Numbered from the stretch's first letter, positions 1 through 7,780 are shown. The stretch is DNA of 42,825 bases from a virus (IMGVR_UViG_3300048606_000045:1-42825), one strand, 5' to 3'. Numbers and translations are program-made. The notes: generated by a model not told the origin, from the letters alone.

Positions 1-190
1 GTGCTTTGCTACCTGCTAAGTGTTTGACAATGTGACGAAAGATTTTTCGTTGGTTCGCGTTGAGACGGTCGGATGGTTCGGGAAGTCGCGCTTCACTTTT
101 AAAAGCGTCTTGCGCTTCTTTGCGAGTGCGTTTTTCTTCTTTTGTGAGATTTCTCGAACTAAGTTCAACGGCTTTAGGGATTTGCGCCAT
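1..190 (-). CDS. terS: Duplicate 5' part of terminase small subunit, inside the terminal repeat
   Basis: Same sequence as 42576-42765; ATG at 190 with AAGGAGG RBS upstream. Confidence 0.85.
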   Translation of the reverse strand, partial: MAQIPKAVELSSRNLTKEEKRTRKEAQDAFKSEARLPEPSDRLNANQRKIFRHIVKHLAGSKA

Positions 191-250
191 TTGCGTACCC
201 TCCTTTCTTTGGTTTATACAAAAATTACAGGAATTTTTTTTACGTCACTG
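1..250. repeat. Terminal direct repeat, left copy (probable assembly overlap of a circular genome)
   Basis: 1-250 matches 42576-42825 except G128 vs A42703 (synonymous Arg codon in terS). Confidence 0.95.
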
Positions 251-305
251 TGGACGCGGGGTGTTCAGACTCCCCTCCCATTTTTTGGAAGAAAGAGGGG
301 GGGTA
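240..305 (-). other. Probable cos/packaging-initiation region
   Basis: GC-rich patch (C-run ... ACACCCCGCGTCCAC ... AAAAAAAATTCC on minus) just upstream of terS, in a phage with HNH, P27-type terS and HK97 head. Exact nick site not determinable. Confidence 0.45.
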
Positions 306-1235
306 GTCAGAATAATCAGATTTTGGTCCAATAATCTGAAAATTGGCATAACTACCCTATGCAAGCGCTTTCATTCCATAATTTGTAAATAAAATAAATA
401 TACCCTACCCCCTATCCTAGCTGGATATATATGGAATATAATTCGCCTGAATTGATTGTAAATATATGGATATATAATTCGCCTATAATAGTAGGTAGTA
501 TATACCATATGGTATCTATTATACTTATTATAATATTCTGATAATAATAATATATTTAAATAAGAATAATTATTATTGTCTAACTATTCGTTATATAAAC
601 CCCCTACTATAGAGCGCCTATATAGTCAATGGTATATTATAACATTCATATTAATACTTACAATTAAAGATATCTTAATTCAATTCGCCTGAATTAAATT
701 AGTTTAAATTAAAGATAACTAAAATTTAAATAGTTTAAATTAAAGATATCTAAATTATAAATATCTATATTAAAGTAGTATGAATATATTTATACTTAAT
801 CAAAGTAATCTTAATATATCTTTAATTCAATTCGCCTGAATTTAAATAGTTCACATTAAAGATATACAAATTAAAAACAAAAAAGAAAATGTAAGCGTTT
901 TATTCTCTGTTCTTTCTAGAGAATCGCTATTCTCAGTTAGAAGAATGTAAGCGTTTTACATTAGAATAGAATCGTCAACTAAGTTGACAATTATGCATAA
1001 GATGTGAAAAAGATGTATACATCATAGGGTATCAACAAACCCTTATTTGTCAGCACTTTGACGACAAAACCGTATTTTTTATGCACAATCTTTTATGCAA
1101 AACCTGCATAAAAATGCAGTATATCCTTCTCATTAATCACTATTCGTTATAAGGGAAATCGCTCGTATCGCGTCTAAATTCGCTCTGAATACTAGAGTAA
1201 GGCTAGAAAATAAAGTCGCTTAGAATCGATTTATG
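305..1235. promoter_or_regulatory. AT-rich non-coding block containing clustered operator-like motifs
   Basis: No credible ORF. Contains CodY-like 330-344, cre-like 359-373, palindrome 502-515, ATTAAAGATA half-sites at 655-864, palindrome 974-988 and ARG-box-like 1105-1118. Confidence 0.6.
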
Positions 1236-1239
1236 AGCG

Positions 1240-1611
1240 TTAAAACGTGGACGCGTTTTTTATCGCTATCCTTTGTAATAAGTCGCTTTTTATTTCCATT
1301 TTTTCTGCCATTTTATGACAACTACTGCATAGTGTGATTAAATTTAAGTCGTTTAATCTTTTTTCCCAATTCGCGGAAATCGCTTCTATGTGATGCACTT
1401 CTAAATTAATAAAAGTATATTTATGATCCTGCAAACAATATTGGCATAAAAGTTTGTCGCGCTTTTTTATTTCATTTCGCTTTTTTTGCCATGCTTTTGT
1501 ATTTCTGAATTTACTAATATAAGTAGGATCTTTTTTTTTCGCCTTAGTTTTTTTCTTACATGTCACACTTCTACTATGAAGGTGATTGCAATATATGCAG
1601 GATACAAGCAT
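1240..1611 (-). CDS. HNH endonuclease, terminase-associated (HK97 gp74-like)
   Basis: W.KKR..IKKRD..LCQYC ... LEVHHI ... NLITLCSSCHK motif; same strand as and upstream of terS. Confidence 0.9.
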   Translation of the reverse strand: MLVSCIYCNHLHSRSVTCKKKTKAKKKDPTYISKFRNTKAWQKKRNEIKKRDKLLCQYCLQDHKYTFINLEVHHIEAISANWEKRLNDLNLITLCSSCHKMAEKMEIKSDLLQRIAIKNASTF

Positions 1612-1803
1612 AGGAAACCGCCTCTATTCCCTTCTATTTATAATTCTCTATTCTATATAGTAAACAATTTTAGAAGCTTTTAAACCGCCTTTTTTATGTC
1701 ATTTTTAAGACATAAAAACACTTTCCTTCTATAATATACATTTTACTTTTTCTATCGATCCAAAAAGAATATCAAAAAGAATTAAATTCTTTTAAAATAG
1801 TAG

Positions 1804-1855
1804 TTGACGCGTACGCGTATTTGTTATAAGATAAGTTTGTAAGCAAGTTGCTTAC
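1804..1855 (+). promoter_or_regulatory. SigA-type promoter with operator, upstream of the AAA operon
   Basis: TTGACG(1804)-N17-TAAGAT(1827); palindrome ACGCGTACGCGT in the spacer; GCAAGTTGC operator at 1843-1851 within TGTAAGCAA-G-TTGCTTACA. Confidence 0.75.
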
Positions 1856-1970
1856 ACACACGGAAATAGTTTCCATGTGTTATTCCTCCAGTGTTTTAAA
1901 AGTTTCGCCTGTATTGTTCCTAGTTAAAAATGATTCAAAAATATAACCCAATTAAAAGGAGAAAAGAAAA

Positions 1971-3260
1971 ATGACTACAATCACACAACAACAAACGCCA
2001 CAACTTGTAACCCTATCAACTAACGCGGATTCTTTAAAGGATCGCAATCTAGAATTTAAAAGCTCTGAAATTAGTATCGCGGTTTTATTATCCGATCTTG
2101 AAAATTTGGTCGAAACGCCTGTATTTTACGCCTATCGTTATGGCATGATTTATGATCCTGATAATGATTTTAAGCCTAATATCGTACCAAACCATAAAAT
2201 CAAAGGTCAATTAGTAGAAGATTATTGGGCGCAAAAAAGCCTTGCGAAACTAGAATATGCTAAACGTTTAGAAGCTGAAAAAAATAAAAAAGGCGAATCG
2301 CCTAGAAAAGAAGGCGAAATGATGGAAATGGAACAACTTAAATTACTAGCGAAATCGCAAGAGATTAGAATAAATGAATTATTGAATAGTAAAAATCAAG
2401 ATCATACAAAGGAAATGCAAGAGCTGAAAGAATTATTACAAGCTAAAACAAAGGAAATCGAAAAATTAAAATCAGGCGAAAAAAATGAAATTCGCCATGA
2501 AAAATTCGATAAAATTGTAGCGCTTGCTAAAAAGAAAAAAGCCGTGTACTTATATGGACCTGCAGGGACGGGAAAAAGTCAACTTGCAAAACAAATAGCT
2601 GAATTTTTAAAACTAGATTTTTATCCAATGTCTACCATAACGCAAGAGTTTAAATTCACTGGATATCAAGATGGAAACGGGATCTATCATAGCACTAACT
2701 TTTATAAGGCGGTTAAAAATGGCGGTTTGTTCTTCATAGATGAGATGGACAGTTGCGCGAGTGATGTTTTAGTAGGTTTGAATGCATGTTTAGCTAATGG
2801 TTATTTTGATTTCCCACACGAAACAATAGAAGCACATAAAGACTTTGTAGTTATTAGCGCGGGAAATACGATTGGGCGTGGCGCTACTGTAGACTATGCA
2901 GGTAGACAACCCTTAGACTTATCAACATTAGATAGATTTTTAGCTATTAAAATTGATTATGATAAAAATATCGATTTAGCAGTAGCGAAAAATGATCAAT
3001 CATTAGTAGATTTTGCCCACGCGTTGAGAAAAGCTAGTGACTATACGGAAATAACTGTTTTAATGTCTTATCGCGCGATTGGAAATATAGCTGATTTAAT
3101 GAATGATTCCGATATGGTCGAATTATTCGATATGGTCGAATTAATGGAAATGTCAGTGATTAAAGGCATGTCACAAGATGATATTAATATGTTAGCGCGA
3201 AATATGACTATTGATTCAAAAAACAAATACTATCAAGCATTCAAAAAGGCGGTTGCATAA
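1971..3260 (+). CDS. MoxR/CbbQ/CobS-like AAA+ ATPase with N-terminal coiled coil
   Basis: Walker A GPAGTGKS, Walker B FFIDE, sensor AGNT, Arg finger LDRF; AAGGAG RBS. Confidence 0.9.
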   Translation: MTTITQQQTPQLVTLSTNADSLKDRNLEFKSSEISIAVLLSDLENLVETPVFYAYRYGMIYDPDNDFKPNIVPNHKIKGQLVEDYWAQKSLAKLEYAKRLEAEKNKKGESPRKEGEMMEMEQLKLLAKSQEIRINELLNSKNQDHTKEMQELKELLQAKTKEIEKLKSGEKNEIRHEKFDKIVALAKKKKAVYLYGPAGTGKSQLAKQIAEFLKLDFYPMSTITQEFKFTGYQDGNGIYHSTNFYKAVKNGGLFFIDEMDSCASDVLVGLNACLANGYFDFPHETIEAHKDFVVISAGNTIGRGATVDYAGRQPLDLSTLDRFLAIKIDYDKNIDLAVAKNDQSLVDFAHALRKASDYTEITVLMSYRAIGNIADLMNDSDMVELFDMVELMEMSVIKGMSQDDINMLARNMTIDSKNKYYQAFKKAVA

Positions 3261-3261
3261 T

Positions 3262-4122
3262 ATGAAAAATAAAAAAGTAGTTTCTGAAAATTTTAAGTCA
3301 CTTAATACTTTATTAGATACAATGGAATCACGACCTATTCGAAATATCGCGTTTAAGAATAAGGAGGCGTTAGCTTCTCAACGTGAGGAGATAGACAAGG
3401 AAAAACCGTGGTCAGGTACTAAAACCTATAATGAAGCAATGGAGGTTATGAAATCAGGGTTTAGAGATCCATTAGAAAAGATGAAACGTGGTATTCTGAA
3501 AATGGGAAATATGGACAAAGACACACGACCAAAATTGAAAAATGATTTTGTTGGGTTTGTTCCTCATGTCCCACACACTTTAATGAATCTACCAATCACC
3601 ATGATTAATAAAGAAAAGCAGGTTCATAAAAATAAAATGATTCACTTAGTTTATAGTTTCAGTGCTAGTAGTAAAGTTTCGCCTAATGACTTGATTAAAG
3701 GCGGAATAAATTTTATAAGCCTTGTCAATTCGCTTGAAAAACAAGGTTTTAGAGTAAAGATTGATATTCTTTCAAGTCATGCAAGCGAAAAAACACTTGC
3801 ATGCATGACGCTAAACGTTAAAGAATATGGACAAGCTTTAAACTTATTGAAACTCACATTTCCGCTTGTTCACCCTGCTATGTTTAGGCGAATTGGTTTT
3901 AAGTGGCTTGAAACGACTACAGAATTAAAAGATCCTGATTTGACTATTGGTTATGGTACTCCGCTATCTTACTTAATGGGTTATGATAATTTAAAAGAGG
4001 CGAATTATTTAAAAGACCATGGTGTTTTAAAAGGCGATAATACTTATTTTTGTACGGTTTACACGGCAATGAAAACAGATAGTGTGGAATCATTAGCAAA
4101 ACAAATTGGAATATCAAAATAA
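3262..4122 (+). CDS. Divergent vWA-like partner of the AAA+ ATPase
   Basis: ATG 1 nt after the AAA stop; GFVPHVP motif, degenerate MIDAS-like YSFSAS, HPAMFRR motif. MoxR-vWA pairing is an established synteny. Confidence 0.65.
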   Translation: MKNKKVVSENFKSLNTLLDTMESRPIRNIAFKNKEALASQREEIDKEKPWSGTKTYNEAMEVMKSGFRDPLEKMKRGILKMGNMDKDTRPKLKNDFVGFVPHVPHTLMNLPITMINKEKQVHKNKMIHLVYSFSASSKVSPNDLIKGGINFISLVNSLEKQGFRVKIDILSSHASEKTLACMTLNVKEYGQALNLLKLTFPLVHPAMFRRIGFKWLETTTELKDPDLTIGYGTPLSYLMGYDNLKEANYLKDHGVLKGDNTYFCTVYTAMKTDSVESLAKQIGISK

Positions 4123-4169
4123 GATCCTTTTAAAAGGATCTTACTTTTTAAAAAAATGGAGGCAAAAAA

Positions 4170-4367
4170 ATGAATACAGTCGAATTGAAAAAACCGCGTG
4201 ATTATAGTTCAGAGCATAAAAAGCGCGCGGAGAAAAAAAGTCGTTTAGTTGTGGATATGGACAAAAATCTCGCTAATGAGTTTATGATCCATTTAAGCGA
4301 AAAAGGCATCACATTTTCAAAATGGATACAAGATCATATTAAGAGCGAGTTAAAAAGCCAAAAATAA
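4170..4367 (+). CDS. Small ribbon-helix-helix-like DNA-binding protein
   Basis: GGAGG RBS; basic helix, then strand RLVVDM and two helices (G.TFSKWIQDHI). Confidence 0.6.
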   Translation: MNTVELKKPRDYSSEHKKRAEKKSRLVVDMDKNLANEFMIHLSEKGITFSKWIQDHIKSELKSQK

Positions 4368-4383
4368 AATTGGCTTTTTTTTT
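4353..4383 (+). terminator. Rho-independent terminator of the AAA operon
   Basis: AAAAGCCAA-loop-TTGGCTTTT followed by a T-run. Confidence 0.75.
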
Positions 4384-4413
4384 ATGCCTAAAAAGCAGCA
4401 CTTTTTAAAATTT

Positions 4414-4779
4414 TATGTAAGCGATTGCTTTCGACCATTTTTTTTAGGGTTATCCTAGTATGCGATTTTTTTTAAAACGCCTTACAATCGATTCTATGCA
4501 GTCACTTTTTTACCCTGCTATTCGTTTGTATTTCATTTTAGGCGAATTCCATTAGATACCTATGTAAGCGTTTGCTTTTTAATTCTTTTTGTTTGGTATG
4601 TATTAGTATTCGAAATGATTTTAAGCGCGTCACAATCGATTCTATGCAGTCACTTTTTACCCTGCTATTCGTTTGTATAAGTTTTTTGCTTATACATATC
4701 AGGCGCTTCATTTTAACGCGTACGCGTTTTAACTTATTTCCCTTATAACCCTATTCGGTTTATTTTAAAAGCGCGTCAC
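4414..4779. repeat. Degenerate ~147-bp tandem repeat (two units plus a partial third)
   Basis: 47-48-bp near-identical cores at 4484-4531 and 4632-4678; TATGTAAGCG at 4414 and 4561; AAGCGCGTCAC recurs near 4623 and 4769. Confidence 0.8.
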
Positions 4780-4810
4780 GCCTATGCTAGAGGCGTTTAA
4801 TTAATATAGT

Positions 4811-4839
4811 TTGACATGCCTGTTTTAACGTGGTATTCT
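4811..4839 (+). promoter_or_regulatory. Strong SigA-type promoter with no credible downstream CDS
   Basis: TTGACA-N17-TATTCT with extended -10 TG. Confidence 0.7.
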
Positions 4840-5093
4840 TAATGAGGTTAAAGAAGTTTGAATATTCTGATTATAGGCGAATTGGATTAAGGCGAAATGA
4901 TTTCCATTTTTACCCTTTCCAATACAGGCGAATCAATTATCAGACAATTGAATTACTTTAGTACACTAACGCGTTGAAGTTTAACACTTTAGTGTGTGAA
5001 AGTATCAGACAATTCACTCTATTCAGTTTCCTTTAGTCAATTAAAGCGTTGAAGTGTTAAAGTTTAACTCAGTAGCGCGTCACCGTGGTAAAG

Positions 5094-5210
5094 GATTCAG
5101 AAAAGTCGATCTGGAAAAATCCGATCTGGAAAAACTCATCTGGAAAAATCGATCTGGAAAAATGTCATCTGGAAAAACTCATCTGGAATATTTCGATCTG
5201 GAATATTTTC
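5094..5210. repeat. Tandem array of seven ATCTGGAA units, 14-15-bp period, plus one degenerate unit
   Basis: Direct reading: ATCTGGAAAAA x5 and ATCTGGAATATTT x2. Confidence 0.9.
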
Positions 5211-5292
5211 ATAAAATACGCACCGAATCAAACCTTCTGCATATCTTATAATGTACCACCGACAATCAAATCCTTTCTAATATATTCTATAT

Positions 5293-5327
5293 AAAAAAAG
5301 CCTGTACGCATCACAGGCTTTCTTTTA
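5293..5327. terminator. Bidirectional terminator ending the leftward early/middle operon
   Basis: AAAGCCTGT-loop-ACAGGCTTT flanked by A- and T-runs. Confidence 0.8.
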
Positions 5328-5408
5328 TTTCCTTTTATGAACGGCAAAAACCACAATTATTAATAAGATAAAGATGACACCTAGATACATTAATGTTTCT
5401 ATTATCAA
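5325..5408 (-). CDS. 27-aa single-pass membrane micro-protein (MIIETLMYLGVIFILLIIVVFAVHKRK)
   Basis: Hand translation; TTG start after AAGGGAG; hydrophobic core with basic tail. Not in the ORF track. Confidence 0.6.
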   Translation of the reverse strand: MIIETLMYLGVIFILLIIVVFAVHKRK

Positions 5409-5411
5409 GGG

Positions 5412-5507
5412 TTATTCTCCCTTACTCATTCGAATCAAGAGATACAATCCGCCTATTATAGCGATCCAGAATCCTACTACAAGCGAACCTGCATCTATGT
5501 CGATCAT
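5412..5507 (-). CDS. 31-aa membrane micro-protein (MIDIDAGSLVVGFWIAIIGGLYLLIRMSKGE)
   Basis: Hand translation; ATGA overlap with the upstream ORF; one TM-length hydrophobic segment. Confidence 0.55.
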   Translation of the reverse strand: MIDIDAGSLVVGFWIAIIGGLYLLIRMSKGE

Positions 5508-5638
5508 GCTTGATATGATATGCCCACTAATTTATAAGCAGGTATGGATTCAATTATGTCGGGATCTTTAGCGAGTGCAGGTTGTCCAATAAGGGCGAAT
5601 CCACATGCTAAAATCGTAAACGCTAGTATAGTTTTCAT
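5504..5638 (-). CDS. 44-aa secreted peptide precursor (MKTILAFTILACGFALIGQPALA-KDPDIIESIPAYKLVGISYQA)
   Basis: Hand translation; GAGGAG RBS; ATGA overlap; signal peptide ending in A-L-A. Confidence 0.65.
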   Translation of the reverse strand: MKTILAFTILACGFALIGQPALAKDPDIIESIPAYKLVGISYQA

Positions 5639-5814
5639 TCTTTTAGCTCCTCGCTTTGTTCGAATAAACACTTTATACAAAAATTGCGGAATTTACTCTT
5701 GTCCGTGGGCATGATTAGTCGAGTAGAACGATTGTCCACTTCGAGTAAAAATCCACACGGGATCTTCGCACATTTTGAAACAGATTCACCGCAACCATCA
5801 CATTGTAAAATCAT
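5635..5814 (-). CDS. Small Cys-rich (CxxC...CxxC) zinc-binding protein, 59 aa
   Basis: Start re-assigned to ATG 5814 (ORF track gives 5889); CDGC and CIKC motifs. Confidence 0.65.
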   Translation of the reverse strand: MILQCDGCGESVSKCAKIPCGFLLEVDNRSTRLIMPTDKSKFRNFCIKCLFEQSEELKE

Positions 5815-5821
5815 TTCGCCC

Positions 5822-6448
5822 CTATTTCGTGATAAACATTTGTGTCCACATATGTCCATATGAACCACCACGATAATAGCCCGCGCCAAGATGTGTATAC
5901 TCAGGCTTTAAAATATTCGCTCGGTGTCCACTTGAATTCATCCACGAAACCATTGCGTCTTGTGGGGTCCTCTGTCCTGATGCGATATTTTCGCCTGCCA
6001 TTTTATATTGAATGCCGAATTGTTTCATCATGTCAAAGGGTGAGCCGTATGTAGGCGATTGGTGCGAAAAATAACCCCTAACTGCCATGTCTTGACTCTT
6101 TGTTCTTGCGACTCGTTGTAATTCCCAATCCATTGCTAATGGGCGCAACCCTTGTCTTTGTCGCTCGTTATTTACAAGCGTTAAGATTTCAGATTCCACA
6201 TTTTTGACTGTATCGATATTCGGGATATTGAGTTTTTGATTCGGATAAATTAAAGCAGCGTTCTTTACTGTTGGATTCGCCTGTATTATTTCAGTTAGCC
6301 CGATTTGATATTTTACTGAGATTTTCCACATGCTTTCGCCCGATTGAACCACATGAATATTTGTATCTTGTGCATGTCCTTTTTGAGCGTTGAGCGTTGT
6401 TAAAAATAATATAGCCATACTTGCTAACAGGATTTTTTTTATCGTCAT
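5822..6448 (-). CDS. Secreted SafA/ExsA-type LysM plus CAP/SCP (YkwD-like) protein
   Basis: Signal peptide; HVVQSGESMWKISVKYQIGL..II.ANP LysM; YFSHQSPTYGSPF and WMNSSGHRANIL CAP motifs. Confidence 0.9.
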   Translation of the reverse strand: MTIKKILLASMAILFLTTLNAQKGHAQDTNIHVVQSGESMWKISVKYQIGLTEIIQANPTVKNAALIYPNQKLNIPNIDTVKNVESEILTLVNNERQRQGLRPLAMDWELQRVARTKSQDMAVRGYFSHQSPTYGSPFDMMKQFGIQYKMAGENIASGQRTPQDAMVSWMNSSGHRANILKPEYTHLGAGYYRGGSYGHMWTQMFITK

Positions 6449-6472
6449 GTTGCACCTCCTGTAGTAGGATGC

Positions 6473-6931
6473 TCATTTTAAACAAATTAAATTATTAAGG
6501 CTGATTAAAAATTTATCTAAAATTTGTCTGCGAATTCGATAAAGTGTTTTTTCGTCCGAAACATGCATTAAGGGCTTGATCTCATACATTTTAAGTCCTT
6601 TAAAATAGCGCAATTCTAGAAAAGATTTTTGTTTATCGTCCAGTTCAGACATGGCATTATCGATACTGACTAAAATCAATTTGAATTGCTCGATTTCTTC
6701 TAGTAAATCTAAAGCTCTTTTACTCGAAATTCGGTCGAGAGCGACTTGTTCCGTGTCGTTGGCTATAAAATAATTGGCGCTTTTTCCGTCCGATTCATAG
6801 CGACAAGTGAGGCTTGGCATCATGTAATCCAACTGGATTTCACAATTCTTTATGCCAATCTGATATGTAATATATTTATTTAAGTAATTTTCAATAATGC
6901 GCTCTCTGGTTACACGGCTTAACACTCTCAA
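6473..6931 (-). CDS. ArpU/RinA-family late transcriptional activator
   Basis: DTEQVAL.RI ... IDNAMSEL...KSFLELRYF ... TLYRIRRQIL.KF pattern; near the end of the middle operon. Confidence 0.8.
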   Translation of the reverse strand: MRVLSRVTRERIIENYLNKYITYQIGIKNCEIQLDYMMPSLTCRYESDGKSANYFIANDTEQVALDRISSKRALDLLEEIEQFKLILVSIDNAMSELDDKQKSFLELRYFKGLKMYEIKPLMHVSDEKTLYRIRRQILDKFLISLNNLICLK

Positions 6932-7253
6932 TCACCTCTGAATATTTGGGCAAAACATTGTCAAAGGCTTCTAATTCCGTTTCTGAGAAATGCAAATGCT
7001 CAACCATGACATTCCGTAAATTAACACTGACAAAATAACTTGTGAAATAAAAACGGGCGCTTTGGTCGTATTTTAGTTGGATTTGTATTTGTTGATTCGC
7101 CCAATTTCCGAATTGATTTAATTCACATTCGAGCGTATCGGTAAATGTATGTAAAAAACGCATAATGCTTTCTTCGTCATAGAAAAAATGCTTTTTTAAA
7201 ATGGCGCAAGTGAAATATAAAATTTCTTCTAGTATATCACGGTCTAGTAGCAT
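6891..7253 (-). CDS. Hypothetical protein
   Basis: GAGG RBS; operon-contiguous ORF. Confidence 0.65.
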   Translation of the reverse strand: MLLDRDILEEILYFTCAILKKHFFYDEESIMRFLHTFTDTLECELNQFGNWANQQIQIQLKYDQSARFYFTSYFVSVNLRNVMVEHLHFSETELEAFDNVLPKYSEVIESVKPCNQRAHY

Positions 7254-7255
7254 TG

Positions 7256-7780
7256 TCAGTCCTCTTTTCGCTTTAAAACTAAGGGCAAGTAATCAAGGAG
7301 AATGCCGTTTTGCGATTTCACTACTTCACAATGCTTGTTTAACCATTCAAAAGATAGGCTTTTTGCATCTTCTTCGGTTATCGCTTTAATTAATTGATCA
7401 ATCCAAAGTAGCCATGTTTTTTCCAATACGGTCGAGTGTATCAAAATAAAGGCTTTACCGCCCTGTTTAGCTACGTTTAACAAGTATTCCCGTTGATGCC
7501 CGTAGATATTCCCTAACGGGTATCTGGTCTTATTCTGAGTCGATTTCACATCAAACCAAACCGACTGATTTGAAGCCGTTCCTCCGAAATCCACGGTGCT
7601 TTTTTTCTCTGGAAATGCATTATTAATCTTGTATTGTTTCGTGTACGGATTATACGTGCGTAAAATTTTCCACGGAGTCGGGATCTTCGAAATAATAGCT
7701 AATCCTTTTCGCATATAAGCCGAATTGGTTTGTTCAACCATATTTTCTAGATGTTGCCCACGATTGGCATGTTGGGTCAT
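7256..7780 (-). CDS. recU: RecU-family Holliday junction resolvase
   Basis: ANRG..LE ... KIPTP ... KSTVDF.G ... FDVKST ... HQ.EYL motifs. Confidence 0.9.
   Translation of the reverse strand: MTQHANRGQHLENMVEQTNSAYMRKGLAIISKIPTPWKILRTYNPYTKQYKINNAFPEKKSTVDFGGTASNQSVWFDVKSTQNKTRYPLGNIYGHQREYLLNVAKQGGKAFILIHSTVLEKTWLLWIDQLIKAITEEDAKSLSFEWLNKHCEVVKSQNGILLDYLPLVLKRKED

Noticed and set aside
1-250. Biological terminal repeat of the virion DNA
   Set aside because: Exactly 250 bp, cuts through terS, and the gene set points to cos packaging; most likely an assembly overlap. The single mismatch may be population variation or an error.
1724-1751. dif-like Xer site (TCCTTCTATAA-TATACA-TTTTACTTTTT)
   Set aside because: The left arm and centre resemble Firmicute dif, but the normally conserved TTATGTAAACT arm is missing.
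3110-3143. 18-bp tandem duplication in the AAA gene (DMVELF DMVELM)
   Set aside because: In-frame local slippage with no sign of function.
5094-5210. CRISPR or mini-array
   Set aside because: Period is 14-15 bp with no spacer-length unique segments, and there are no cas genes.
5054-5294. ORF-track proteins 5054..5251 and 5085..5294
   Set aside because: No convincing RBS; the peptide repeats merely reflect the DNA array.
5504-6931. Complete arbitrium (aimR-aimP-aimX) system
   Set aside because: No TPR-containing receptor is recognisable; only the peptide-like ORF is retained as a finding.
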